Shown piece by piece: positions 40,434 to 50,862 of a DNA stretch of 64,000 bases. Source of the stretch: an uncultured bacterium (lineage in GTDB: Bacteria; JAJVIF01; JAPKYR01); NCBI GenBank assembly GCA_965369865.1, contig CBDURU010000001.1, positions 61,175 through 125,174 on the forward strand, read 5' to 3'. The position numbers and the translations under genes are program-made. How positions within the stretch are numbered: position 1 is the first letter of the stretch; each line of letters starts with the position of its first letter. The notes beneath the pieces are model-generated. The model did not search any database, had not been told where the DNA came from, and saw only the letters and a program-made list of their open reading frames with translations.

Positions 40434-43400
40434 ATGGCTCTCTCAATCCGCTCAATGCTCATAACTGCATTATTGGTGGTGGTTATTTCCGGATGTTCCG
40501 GGCATGACGCTCCATCTGCTCCGAACATCACAGGTGAAACAGGAACTGGTCAAGAATTAACGGACACTGTCCGGGATGGTGCCGTGTTTCAAGGTAACCA
40601 CTACTGCATGCTTTACAACGTTATAAACATTGATATGTCAGACCCTGACGATGTAAAGATGGAAGTAATTCCGGTACGACTTGGAGAAATCCACCTGAAC
40701 ATTCTGAAGCTTCTGGAAGTTGGCCCGTGTACTGACTGCTTCAAGCTGGTTGGATTTAACCTTATCGAACCTGGTGTTCTGGATGTCGATATCGAAATCA
40801 CGCACCCGTTCGACAATCTTGATTACTCTGTTTTCGATGTTCGCGGGATCATGATGTTCAACGGATCCCATTTATTCCCCGCATCAGGGATGTCAATTTC
40901 AGATCCGGCTCTCGGGGATGGCGCACTCATGAATGCCGATGGTTATACAGCACTTTACAACGGATCGACATTCGGACAGGCCGACGATCTGATGACATAT
41001 TTCCCCGGCAAATTCTCGACACCAACAATTCCAGACGCGTATTTAAACGGTTACATCCGTCACAACACGGAAATCACACGTAATGCTTTCTTCGCTGGTG
41101 ATTCGGTCACTCAAACTTACAGGTTAAAGATGCCCACAACCCAGTTCGTACTCGGCTACGCGGTCGACGCTAACTGGTGGACGCCAATTGAAACACCAGT
41201 CGATGATCCGCTTACCGATTTCGACCTGGATGCGAATTGCCCCGAGCCGTGGAAACTGAACAATGACATTACTGATATCGGTGACGGGCTTACAACTGAC
41301 GGTGGGGAGGCCAAACTATCGATATTCGTTTTCGACTGGCAGGGAAAAGAATCGCACGCTGCTCCCGTCATTGAATGTCCGGAATTGTTTGATGGCACAA
41401 AGGAGATGGTTTTTAAAGCGGACGGTGACGGATATACTCAATATGACATCACGCTGACAAACGAACTCCTTGCCGATGTCGGTGAGTACCTGTGCCTTGC
41501 TAAAGTCGAGGACAATGATAACGCCGGCGCTCCGGACTGGCTTGATCTGAGCGCGTACAGGACTGTAACCCTGACAGTTGTGGAGCAAATGCATCCCCCG
41601 ATAGCGATGGCTGATTTCGTTCCCGATCCGCCCGTACTGGGTGAAGATGTGACATTTTCGGATGACGGCTCCTACGATCCGGACGGCGGAATTCTGACCA
41701 AATTCGAATGGGACTGGGAAAACGACGGTATCTTCGATGAGGAGGGTGCTGAGGTAACACATTCGTGGGACGTCGCGAGTGTTTATTATGTGCAGTACAG
41801 GGTCACCGACGATGAAGGTGAGACAAATACGCTTGATGAACCGCTTGAAATATCCTTTGGATTTGTCCCGCCGGTAGCGATAGCCGAATTCGAGGCTCTG
41901 GAATTTGCCATTTGTGAACCGGTGTATTTTTACGGTAGCGAGTCTTATGACCCGGATGGCGGTGAAATTGTCAAGTACGAATGGGACTGGGAAAACGACG
42001 GCACGTTCGATGATGAAGGCGCCAATTTGCAACACATTTGGTATATCCCCGACACATATGATGTCCAGTTAAGAGTAACCGATGACGAGGGTCAGACTGA
42101 TATCCTTGACGAACCCCTTCAAGTGAGCCGAGTCCAGTGTGAACCTGTCGCAATCGCGTCGGCTGATAAACTCGAGGTTGGAAAATGGGAACCAATAACA
42201 TTCACTGGCGAGGATTCACACGATAATGATTGTGACGGTGAGTCAATTGTTAAATGGGAGTGGGACTGGGAAAACGACGGTACGTTCGACGAAACCGGCA
42301 TGGTCAAATCCCATTCTTACAATGCGTACGGCTACCACGATGTGATGCTTAGGGTAACCGACAACGAGGGCAGTTCGGATACTCTTTCAACAGCATTACA
42401 AATAAATGTCATCGAGGATACCTGGGTAAACACTTGGGGAGGAGGAAGTAACGACTACGTTTATGACGCGACAACTGATGGCCTAACCAACATCTATTCG
42501 TGTGGAGTATTCAGTGGTACTGGCGTTGATTTTGATCCCGGCGAGGGAGAGTTGTTAAAGGATTCAAATGGTGATGTTGACTCTTATCTGTGCAAGTACA
42601 ATTCGCAGGGAGAACTTCTCTGGGTCGGGACATGGGGGAGCAGCGGTTACGATCCGGCAAATTCGATTGATTGCGCCTGGGAAGCCGGTGGCAAGTTTAT
42701 ATATGTGACGGGATCATTCACAGGCACAGTTGATTTCGATCCGGGATCATCCGTATACAACAGAACTACTGTCGGAGATACAGACGCTTTTCTCAGCAAA
42801 TTCGACCTTGACGGCAATCACATCTGGACCACTTCCTGGGGTGGCAACATGTGGACTCATGGCGTCAATGTAACCAGGGTCGTTGACCCGGAGGGTGTTG
42901 CGGTATGTGGTGATTTCTACGGCACAACGGAGTTTGATCCTGGCGATGGCTGGTGGGAACGGACGTCCCATGGTGGATGCGATTTCTATTTATCCTGGTT
43001 TGACACTGATGGAAATTTCGAATACGGGTGGGCCTGGGGAGGCACACACGATGATTATGCATACGGTCTGGATTGCGATTACGAGGGTTGTGTTTACATG
43101 ACCGGCACATTTAGGAAATATGTTGATTTCTTCCCCGGGTCGTCCGGTCATAAGTATACGTCAAATGGCGAAGGCGATATCTTCATACTGAAGCGTAAAA
43201 AAGTTGGTGATCCCTGGCTATGGAACCACGGCATGGCTGTTATCGGCGGGACCGGCGATGATGTCGGCTATGATCTTTGCATTCAAAGTCTGGATGTTTA
43301 CGTGACCGGATATTTTGGGGATTCCGTTGATTTTGATGCTTCGGCCGGCGGTAATGATATCAAAATCGCAAATGGGAAACAGGATGCATTTTTAACCAGG

Positions 43401-43832
43401 TATTCTCTTACTTTGGATTATGACTGGTCTCAGACGTGGGGCAGTAGTGTTTATTCAGCTGATGATGTGGGTTTGGGACTGGGCTTCACTTATGGTGGGA
43501 TACATGTCACTGGCACATTCGAAAATAACGCCAGCGGGAGTCCGGTCGATTTTGATCCCGGCGCTGGTGTGCATTACCTGACCTCAAACGGCATGCGTGA
43601 CATCTTTATCAGTAAGTTTTATACGGGTGGTGGCTTTGCCTGGGCATCATCGATAGGCTGCTCGTTCCATGATTACGGGTATTCAATAACAACGCTGGAT
43701 ACCCCAATCGTTTGCGGAAGTTTTCAAGGCAAGCCGGATTTCGATCCGGATCCGTTTGAGGAATACTACAAGGAATCCAACGGCAATTACGACGCATTCA
43801 TGGTAAAGCTCGACAATGACGGCGGATTGTAA
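40434..43832 (+). CDS. Lipoprotein, paralog 3: conserved N-terminal domain + 3 PKD domains + SBBP-like beta-propeller
   Basis: Start refined to MALSIRS (GGAGG RBS); lipobox ISGC; three repeats of EWDWENDG.FDE/D.G; VDFDPG repeats. Confidence 0.88.
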   Translation: MALSIRSMLITALLVVVISGCSGHDAPSAPNITGETGTGQELTDTVRDGAVFQGNHYCMLYNVINIDMSDPDDVKMEVIPVRLGEIHLNILKLLEVGPCTDCFKLVGFNLIEPGVLDVDIEITHPFDNLDYSVFDVRGIMMFNGSHLFPASGMSISDPALGDGALMNADGYTALYNGSTFGQADDLMTYFPGKFSTPTIPDAYLNGYIRHNTEITRNAFFAGDSVTQTYRLKMPTTQFVLGYAVDANWWTPIETPVDDPLTDFDLDANCPEPWKLNNDITDIGDGLTTDGGEAKLSIFVFDWQGKESHAAPVIECPELFDGTKEMVFKADGDGYTQYDITLTNELLADVGEYLCLAKVEDNDNAGAPDWLDLSAYRTVTLTVVEQMHPPIAMADFVPDPPVLGEDVTFSDDGSYDPDGGILTKFEWDWENDGIFDEEGAEVTHSWDVASVYYVQYRVTDDEGETNTLDEPLEISFGFVPPVAIAEFEALEFAICEPVYFYGSESYDPDGGEIVKYEWDWENDGTFDDEGANLQHIWYIPDTYDVQLRVTDDEGQTDILDEPLQVSRVQCEPVAIASADKLEVGKWEPITFTGEDSHDNDCDGESIVKWEWDWENDGTFDETGMVKSHSYNAYGYHDVMLRVTDNEGSSDTLSTALQINVIEDTWVNTWGGGSNDYVYDATTDGLTNIYSCGVFSGTGVDFDPGEGELLKDSNGDVDSYLCKYNSQGELLWVGTWGSSGYDPANSIDCAWEAGGKFIYVTGSFTGTVDFDPGSSVYNRTTVGDTDAFLSKFDLDGNHIWTTSWGGNMWTHGVNVTRVVDPEGVAVCGDFYGTTEFDPGDGWWERTSHGGCDFYLSWFDTDGNFEYGWAWGGTHDDYAYGLDCDYEGCVYMTGTFRKYVDFFPGSSGHKYTSNGEGDIFILKRKKVGDPWLWNHGMAVIGGTGDDVGYDLCIQSLDVYVTGYFGDSVDFDASAGGNDIKIANGKQDAFLTRYSLTLDYDWSQTWGSSVYSADDVGLGLGFTYGGIHVTGTFENNASGSPVDFDPGAGVHYLTSNGMRDIFISKFYTGGGFAWASSIGCSFHDYGYSITTLDTPIVCGSFQGKPDFDPDPFEEYYKESNGNYDAFMVKLDNDGGL

Positions 43833-44090
43833 GTCTGAATCCTGTCATTAATTCTTTTTTATTGAGGCTCGATCTCGATAACATAGCCGCTTTCTCCCAA
43901 GAGCTGTAACCCGGGGAATGCCTTACAGCGACTGAATCGGTAAACCTACATCTATCTGATGTGGATGCCATGGCATCGGAAATTCTGATTAAAAAACAGA
44001 CCCATATCACATAGATATGGGCCTACCGATTAACAAAATTTATATCCGTATAACATCACGGCAGTGCGTCTCAACGAGACTCCCGATGAA

Positions 44091-46535
44091 TCATGGATTG
44101 AAACGCGCGATAAAAATATCGTCAAGTCCGGCCGAGGTCAGCAATGTCTCGTTGGATTCGTAAAGCCCGAATATGGCTGATTCATTGAAATAGCCTGCCA
44201 CAACCATCGAATCGTCCGACAGTACTTCGATCCCGAATCCTTCATCCCTATAGGAACCGCCTGCGCTTTTCGTCCAGACAAGTGTTCCGTTGATACTGTA
44301 CCGCGAAATTAAAATATCGCCCTGCCCAGGGTCCGTCATCCAGTACCTGCCTGTCAGAACAGTAGAGTCGTCCGACAACGTTTTGATTTCAAAGCCATAA
44401 TCGCTGCTGCTCCCACCCGTACGTTTCGCCCATACGAGCGTTCCGTCCATGTTGAAGCGTGCGATGAAAATATCGACACCCCCCGCGGAAAAAAGCACCG
44501 TGTAGTTGGTTTCACCCTTCCCGAATGTGACTGATCCGGTGAACTCACCTGTCACAACAACCGAATTGTCCGAAAGCGCTGTGATTCCATTACCCATAAC
44601 ATAACAGCCCGGGCTGCCCTGGCCGCATTTCACCCATGCGAGTGTTCCGTCCGCGTTGTACCGAGCGATAAAAACGTCAGTGTCGGCATCGGTCGTCGGG
44701 AGCACAGTCTCATTTGTTTCACCCTCCCCGAAAATAGCCGGGCCGAAATAATGACCTGTCACTACTGTCGAGTCGTCGGAAAGCACAGTGACTTCGCGCC
44801 CCCTGTCAGCGCTGCTACCGCCGCCGCGTTTCGCCCATGCGAGCGTTCCGTCCGGATTATACCTTGCGACGAAAGCATCAGTGTTGCCCGCGGAAGTGAT
44901 AACAGTCTGATTGGGTTCACCCTGCCCGAATGTTGCTGATTCCCTGAAGGTGCCTGTCACCACTATTGAATCATCCGATAACGTGATGATTCCAAAACCA
45001 CCATCGTTATCGGACCCACCGGCGCTTGTCACCCATGCGAGTGTTCCACCCGGATTGAAACGAGCGATGTAAACGTCACCTCGTCCGACCGGTGTGAGTG
45101 AAGTCTGATTGGGTTCCCCCTGGCCGAAAATAGTAGGAGTGGAATAGAACCAGCCTGTTGCTACAGTCGAGTTGTCCGACAGGGCTGTGATTCCCCAGCC
45201 GTAATCGGTGATGCTCCCACCGGCACGTTTCGCCCAGGCGAGAGTTCCATCCGGATTGTAACGCGCGAAGAAAACATCCCTGTGACCGGCGGACGTGAGC
45301 ACAGTCTGATTGGGTTCGCCCTTCCCAAATATACTCGAGGTCCTGATGTGGCCGGTTATAACAACGGAATCATCCGAAAGTGAAGTGATGGCTGTAGCCT
45401 TGTCGAGATCGCTCCCACCGCCACTTTTCGCCCATATTAGATTGCCCTCAGTCGATGTAAATAACACCTGCCAGGCATCGATCTGACCTGAGAATTCATC
45501 GACACCCGTGTCGACAACACGTAAGAGGATCGGGGAGTCGTTAATAGTGCCGCCTGAATCATTAAAAATCGTTCCCGTATATTCTGCATAGTTTTCCCCT
45601 GCAACCGACTGGGTTAATTCAACAACTCCGTCGAACAGGCCGGGCGCTTCAACCGAGACATTGTTAACAGTTGAAATCCCCTGGTGATCGTACACTGTAA
45701 CCTGGATCGGTTCGGAGCCGCCGGAATCGGGCCATGAGTCCATCCTGGCAAAAACCTGGCATGCTTCCAGGCAATTTGATTCCATAGGGAAGTCGTTCAC
45801 CGGGTCGTCCCACGTGTCAATTTCCATCCAGGATGCATCTACCGCATATCCGAATTTCAACGGTCCGGCAGGGACATTCAACCTGGCACGTCGATGGTCT
45901 TCTTCTCCTGAACTTATCATACATCGCGGATTTTGCTTTCCAAAAGCAAGGAACGGGTTCAGGGTTGCAGAAAAATCGTCGCCAAACGATGCGATTCCCG
46001 GGAAATAAGTAATTATTGGTGTCGCTTCGTTGTAGGGAAAATCCGTTGGATTGAAAAGGGTTGTGTATCCCGATGGATTCATAATCCTGGGATTGGTTCC
46101 ATCGAAGGAGATTTTCTTTCCGCTGACAGGGAACGTGTAATCGGCATCGGTGATGAAAATAAAGCGCATGTCGAAAATCGTATACTGGGGAAGGTTTGGT
46201 AGTGGGTGTTTGAGCTTGATGTCACAAGAGAAGTTGCTTGCGTCGTAGATTTCAAAATCACTGAACCACAAGCAGTCGGGGCATTGTTCGATGAAGGGCA
46301 GGATGTTGAGATGCATCGCGACATCCCGGTTCGGTATTACTTCCACCGTCTGGCGATCGGCGGAAATATACACATCGCCAATGTTAAGGAACAGCCGATT
46401 GGTTTGGACAGAGACACTTACATCAGGGGGATTTTCATCTGCCGGGGGTAAGGCAGGTGTTCCCCCTCCGGACGAGCAACCGATTAAAACAAGTAACGTT
46501 AAAACTGTAAAGCTGATTGGGATTCGGGTTCTCAT
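44091..46535 (-). CDS. Lipoprotein, paralog 4: conserved N-terminal domain + beta-propeller repeats
   Basis: Lipobox LIGC; closely related to 26383-28890; one propeller repeat is shortened. Confidence 0.88.
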   Translation of the reverse strand: MRTRIPISFTVLTLLVLIGCSSGGGTPALPPADENPPDVSVSVQTNRLFLNIGDVYISADRQTVEVIPNRDVAMHLNILPFIEQCPDCLWFSDFEIYDASNFSCDIKLKHPLPNLPQYTIFDMRFIFITDADYTFPVSGKKISFDGTNPRIMNPSGYTTLFNPTDFPYNEATPIITYFPGIASFGDDFSATLNPFLAFGKQNPRCMISSGEEDHRRARLNVPAGPLKFGYAVDASWMEIDTWDDPVNDFPMESNCLEACQVFARMDSWPDSGGSEPIQVTVYDHQGISTVNNVSVEAPGLFDGVVELTQSVAGENYAEYTGTIFNDSGGTINDSPILLRVVDTGVDEFSGQIDAWQVLFTSTEGNLIWAKSGGGSDLDKATAITSLSDDSVVITGHIRTSSIFGKGEPNQTVLTSAGHRDVFFARYNPDGTLAWAKRAGGSITDYGWGITALSDNSTVATGWFYSTPTIFGQGEPNQTSLTPVGRGDVYIARFNPGGTLAWVTSAGGSDNDGGFGIITLSDDSIVVTGTFRESATFGQGEPNQTVITSAGNTDAFVARYNPDGTLAWAKRGGGSSADRGREVTVLSDDSTVVTGHYFGPAIFGEGETNETVLPTTDADTDVFIARYNADGTLAWVKCGQGSPGCYVMGNGITALSDNSVVVTGEFTGSVTFGKGETNYTVLFSAGGVDIFIARFNMDGTLVWAKRTGGSSSDYGFEIKTLSDDSTVLTGRYWMTDPGQGDILISRYSINGTLVWTKSAGGSYRDEGFGIEVLSDDSMVVAGYFNESAIFGLYESNETLLTSAGLDDIFIARFNP

Positions 46536-46776
46536 TCTGAGGACCTCCCATGAAGTGGTATGAAATAATATTCACCTTAAAATTGCATTCATAAATCAGG
46601 ATTTTTACACACCTTCAATATAAGCTACAGGTTTTCCTTCGTCAATACCGATTTAAGTGTTAATATGGTTGATTTAACCCCCTCCGATAAGTACCATTCT
46701 GACCTTATCAGCTCCCGTTCAGGGGTGCGCAATTTTTTGATATCCAGACCGGGTTACCGCATCGGATTTTTTTCAC

Positions 46777-49101
46777 ATGGCAAACCATAACAATATAGCC
46801 AGAAAACCGGGAATTGCTAAAAGCACTCTGGTTCTCGGTATTATTGTTGGGTTAATCGTTGTGGCTGCCAGTCTGTTTATCATCGGTTGTCACTTGATAT
46901 GGCCAGGGATCGGGGTAGACGGGTTCTTCCAGTGGGTACTCGAAGCCTGCCTTACAGCCCGGTACAACCGTATCGTGGCAGGGCAACCGGTCTGGCCCTG
47001 GACTTTTTGGATATTCTTTTATGGATTCCTTGCGCTCCTGGTCTTTGTCCTTTTAATCGTCCTATACCTTACACTGGGTGAGCGGAAACTTATCGGTTGG
47101 TTTCAGATCAGGCAGGGACCGAATCGTGTCGGGCCATGGGGACTCCTGCAGCCGTTTGCCGACATGGTCAAGCTTCTCATCAAGGAAGATATCGTTCCGT
47201 ACAAAGCCGACCATGCGCTTCATCTCCTTGCACCGCTAATAATTTTCGTCCCGACACTGCTCGCGTTTGTCGCGATCCCATTTGCGTCGGGAACGGTTGA
47301 ACTCAGGCAGGAAATTGTCTCGCCTACATTCGACAGTATGCTTGTCGAGTGGATCGGTGCGGAGGATTTCGAAGCACGCGGGTTCGATTCAATCGGGTTC
47401 GTTGAAGCTTCGGTCATGATCGAAGAGGAACAGGGCAACCATAAGATATGGTGGGTCGACCGTGAACTGGATCACGAGCCGGTGTTCATTCCTACCGACG
47501 AGTATGGAATGGATCCAGACAACCGCTTCAGGAATGCGAGTCCGATCAGGCTCTTTGTTAAACCTGAAACCCCTGGACAAGGCGAACCCGAGGAAAGGAC
47601 TTACTGGACAATTTACGACTATGAAACGAGCGGCAGGGCCTACGATATTCTTGAGATGGACTGGGGCGGATCGGGCGACCATGACAGGATCATAGAAATC
47701 GGTTTGCAGGGTGGTTTAATCGATAGCGTTGAAAAGGAAATGGTCAGGATCCTGGAAACAACAGGTCCCGACATACCAACGGACGAGCAATATGACTTCG
47801 CCGGTATTCCTCCCAAGCGATATTTTGAAAACCTGTGGGGGAATTATGGTGACGCGATCGGGATCAACAGCCGTTCATTCGATGCAGCCAGCATGGTCCC
47901 GGCATTTGCGCGGCCCAGTGGAGTTGGAGCTGTGTCCCGGGATGTGTATACCCCGGACTGGGAATACTCCTGCTGGATGCATCGCAACGTCGATCTTGAT
48001 GAAGGGAAAGCAAGCCTGATTTTCGCGGCCGAAGAATTCGATATTGAAAACGATGACTGGTCCACGGCAGAGGGCGCTGTAAGTATCCAGCGAATTCCCG
48101 GCGGCGGCTATAAGGTTATGACATCGGGTGGGAATTCAGCGACCCTTTCCATTGCTGGAGATAAAATCGATGTACTGATCGGCGATGAACCTGTCACTCT
48201 AAAATTAAAGGACAGCCAGCTCTACACCGTTTACGTGATGGGTAAAGACCTTGGGGTTGGGATTGTCTACATCCTGGCTGTGACCTCGATCGCCGTACTC
48301 GGCATATTCATGGCGGGATTCGGCTCGAATAACAAGTGGAGCATGTACGGCGCGATACGGTCGGCCGCCCAGATGATTTCATATGAGATCCCGATGGTGC
48401 TCGCGATACTCGGTCCGGTTCTCATGACCGGAAGCCTTTCGACTGTAGCCCTGGTCGAAAGCCAGAGAAATACATGGTTCGTCATCCCGCAGTTTCTTGC
48501 ATTCTTTGTTTTCCTGGTGGCAATGACAAGCGAAGTCAACCGTGCTCCATTCGATCTTCCCGAAGCCGAATCGGAACTCGTGGCGGGATTCCATACCGAG
48601 TATTCCGGGCTTAAATTCGGTTTCTTCTTCCTTGCTGAATACGCGAACATGTTCCTCGCCGCCACAATAATGACCGTACTGTTTTTCGGTGGATGGAAGG
48701 GGCCGTTCGAGATACCGTTTATCGGTGAATTCGCATCGAGCTTTATCTGGTTTACTATGAAAAGTGTTTTCTGGCTTGCGGTATTCATCTGGTTCAGGGC
48801 GACTTTCCCGAGGTTCCGGATCGACCACATGATGGATTACGCCTGGAAGGTCCTCCTTCCCATTGCAATGGTAAATGTCATTATCACCGCTTACTTCACG
48901 TTCTCAGACTGGAATTTCATGATCTGGAAGGAAAATAACTGGAGGATTTATGATTCGTACATCCTGCCGTTATTTGTCAATACTTATACTAACCTGTACG
49001 CAATTCCGATTATCGTAATCGTCCTGGGCCTCCTGATATGGGATACCTGGGGTCGGTACAATGATTTGAAGAGGGAAGCGTTAAAGAAGAAATCCGATTA
49101 G
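46777..49101 (+). CDS. nuoH: NADH-quinone oxidoreductase subunit H with a large internal insertion
   Basis: ERKLIGWFQIRQGPNRVGPWGLLQPFADMVKLLIKED, SNNKWS..RSAAQMISYE, NRAPFDLPEAESELVAGFHTEYSG, RATFPRFRID; 774 aa. Confidence 0.93.
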   Translation: MANHNNIARKPGIAKSTLVLGIIVGLIVVAASLFIIGCHLIWPGIGVDGFFQWVLEACLTARYNRIVAGQPVWPWTFWIFFYGFLALLVFVLLIVLYLTLGERKLIGWFQIRQGPNRVGPWGLLQPFADMVKLLIKEDIVPYKADHALHLLAPLIIFVPTLLAFVAIPFASGTVELRQEIVSPTFDSMLVEWIGAEDFEARGFDSIGFVEASVMIEEEQGNHKIWWVDRELDHEPVFIPTDEYGMDPDNRFRNASPIRLFVKPETPGQGEPEERTYWTIYDYETSGRAYDILEMDWGGSGDHDRIIEIGLQGGLIDSVEKEMVRILETTGPDIPTDEQYDFAGIPPKRYFENLWGNYGDAIGINSRSFDAASMVPAFARPSGVGAVSRDVYTPDWEYSCWMHRNVDLDEGKASLIFAAEEFDIENDDWSTAEGAVSIQRIPGGGYKVMTSGGNSATLSIAGDKIDVLIGDEPVTLKLKDSQLYTVYVMGKDLGVGIVYILAVTSIAVLGIFMAGFGSNNKWSMYGAIRSAAQMISYEIPMVLAILGPVLMTGSLSTVALVESQRNTWFVIPQFLAFFVFLVAMTSEVNRAPFDLPEAESELVAGFHTEYSGLKFGFFFLAEYANMFLAATIMTVLFFGGWKGPFEIPFIGEFASSFIWFTMKSVFWLAVFIWFRATFPRFRIDHMMDYAWKVLLPIAMVNVIITAYFTFSDWNFMIWKENNWRIYDSYILPLFVNTYTNLYAIPIIVIVLGLLIWDTWGRYNDLKREALKKKSD

Positions 49102-49138
49102 TGCTGGAAAATGTCCTGCCTGATTTGATATAGAAATA

Positions 49139-49750
49139 ATGCCGACAAATAAACCGAATGAATCGTTTGCCAGGTGGATTTCCAAAGTTGCGATGCCGCT
49201 CTGGGGAATTCGTGCCGGCCTGTATATTACCGCCCAGCACCTGTTCCGTAAGAAAATTACGGTCCAGTATCCCGAGCAGCGTCTGGAGATAGATCCATCA
49301 TACCGCGCGAAGATTTCTCTTCTGATTGAGCCGGGCAGTCACGCCGATATCTGCATAAGCTGTAAACAGTGTGAAAATATCTGCCCGGTTGGTTGCATAA
49401 CGATCATTCCGAAAGTCGACGAGAATAAAAAACGCCATGTCGGCACTTTCGATATCGATTTGTCAAGATGCCTTTTCTGTGGAATGTGCGAGGAAATTTG
49501 TCCTGAAAATTGCATCGTTCTCGACGAAGTGTTTGATTATTCTTCATACTCCCGCGACGGGCTGTATCTCACAGTCAGTGGGCTGACGCGGGATGCATCC
49601 GAGGATGAATGGCGTGCGATGGTCGAGGTGAAGGAAGCCAAGAAACGGGAAGCCGAAGCGAAGAAAAGGGCACGAGAAGAAGCTAAGAAAAAGCAGGAAG
49701 AAGAAGATGCGAGGAATAAAACTGAAGAAGGAGAGCAGAGTACAGAGTAA
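49139..49750 (+). CDS. nuoI: NADH-quinone oxidoreductase subunit I
   Basis: TVQYPEQ, CISCKQCENICP, CLFCGMCEEICP; charged C-terminal tail. Confidence 0.92.
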   Translation: MPTNKPNESFARWISKVAMPLWGIRAGLYITAQHLFRKKITVQYPEQRLEIDPSYRAKISLLIEPGSHADICISCKQCENICPVGCITIIPKVDENKKRHVGTFDIDLSRCLFCGMCEEICPENCIVLDEVFDYSSYSRDGLYLTVSGLTRDASEDEWRAMVEVKEAKKREAEAKKRAREEAKKKQEEEDARNKTEEGEQSTE

Positions 49751-50421
49751 TGGGCACAGGCGCAGAACAACCTGATGTTTGGACGTACTTTAAGTGGCTA
49801 TGGCTTAACGGTTTCGGTCTGGCGCAGCCGCACTGGTGGTTTTTCATCCTCTCGTTCGTGATTATCGCAAGCGGTATCGGGACAGTAATCGCGAGAAACC
49901 TCCTTCATGCTGCGATGTTCCTCGCACTATGCTGCATCGGAATTGCAGGAATTTTTATTCTCCTGAATGCTGAATTCCTCGCTGCAGTCCAGGTTCTTGT
50001 ATACGTGGGCGGCATCGTTACCTTGATTATTTTCGCGATCATGTTGTCGGAAAGCATCACCGGCAAAAAAGCGGTTACACATAATAAGCAAAGTATTACA
50101 GCGCTGGGTATATCGATCATGATGGGAATTGTCATGATCGTCATTCTTTTTTACAACCAGGACGGATATTTTGTCGGACTTGAACGGTGGGCGCTAACGG
50201 CGGACCGAAACCCGTTTCCAAATGTCAGTAACGCCCAGATGATCGGCCGCAGCCTGATGTCCACCTACACCCTCATATTCTGGATCGCGAGCATCATCCT
50301 GACGATCGCGATGATCGGCGCCCTGATCCTCGCGAAAGCTGAGGATGAGACCGATATAGCGGAACTTGATAAAAATTTTGATTCAGTGGAAGAATCCAGT
50401 GGACTGGAGGTAAACGAATGA
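49750..50421 (+). CDS. nuoJ: NADH-quinone oxidoreductase subunit J
   Basis: LNAEFLAAVQVLVYVGGIVTLIIFAIML. Confidence 0.93.
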   Translation: MGTGAEQPDVWTYFKWLWLNGFGLAQPHWWFFILSFVIIASGIGTVIARNLLHAAMFLALCCIGIAGIFILLNAEFLAAVQVLVYVGGIVTLIIFAIMLSESITGKKAVTHNKQSITALGISIMMGIVMIVILFYNQDGYFVGLERWALTADRNPFPNVSNAQMIGRSLMSTYTLIFWIASIILTIAMIGALILAKAEDETDIAELDKNFDSVEESSGLEVNE

Positions 50422-50777
50422 GCCCCGCAGATCCTCCGATTCATTTCTATATTTACCTTGCCACTATTCTATTTGTAATCGGGATTTTCGGGTGCCTGGC
50501 AAGACGCAACGCGATCGCGATCCTTATGTCTCTCGAGCTTATGTTCAACGCGTGCAATATCGTGCTTGTCGCGTTCTGCCAGAGACATGGGGTTACGTAT
50601 ACGTTGCAGGCTTTTTCAAGGGCACAGGATATCGAGAGCCCTGTGGGTCAGATTTATGCAATTTTCGTAATCATTATCGCTGCCGCGGAAGCGGCTGTGG
50701 GACTTGCGCTTGCGATAGCGGCATACAGGCATTACAAGTCGATTAATATGGATAATATAAATCTGCTGAAGTGGTGA
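50418..50777 (+). CDS. nuoK: NADH-quinone oxidoreductase subunit K
   Basis: RRNAIAILMSLELMFNA, AAAEAAVGLAL. Confidence 0.95.
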   Translation: MSPADPPIHFYIYLATILFVIGIFGCLARRNAIAILMSLELMFNACNIVLVAFCQRHGVTYTLQAFSRAQDIESPVGQIYAIFVIIIAAAEAAVGLALAIAAYRHYKSINMDNINLLKW

Positions 50778-50862
50778 TAGAGCGGAATATTAAAGATTGT
50801 TGGTCGGTTACAGGCAATATCGAAGCCAGTCCCCATTTTTCTGACCGGCAGACAATAACGAA

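Noticed and set aside
39892..44265. Possible DGR template/variable repeat pair at the 3' end of the 44091 gene
   Set aside because: Differences are few, include C/T changes and synonymous sites rather than being adenine-specific, and no reverse transcriptase is in the window.
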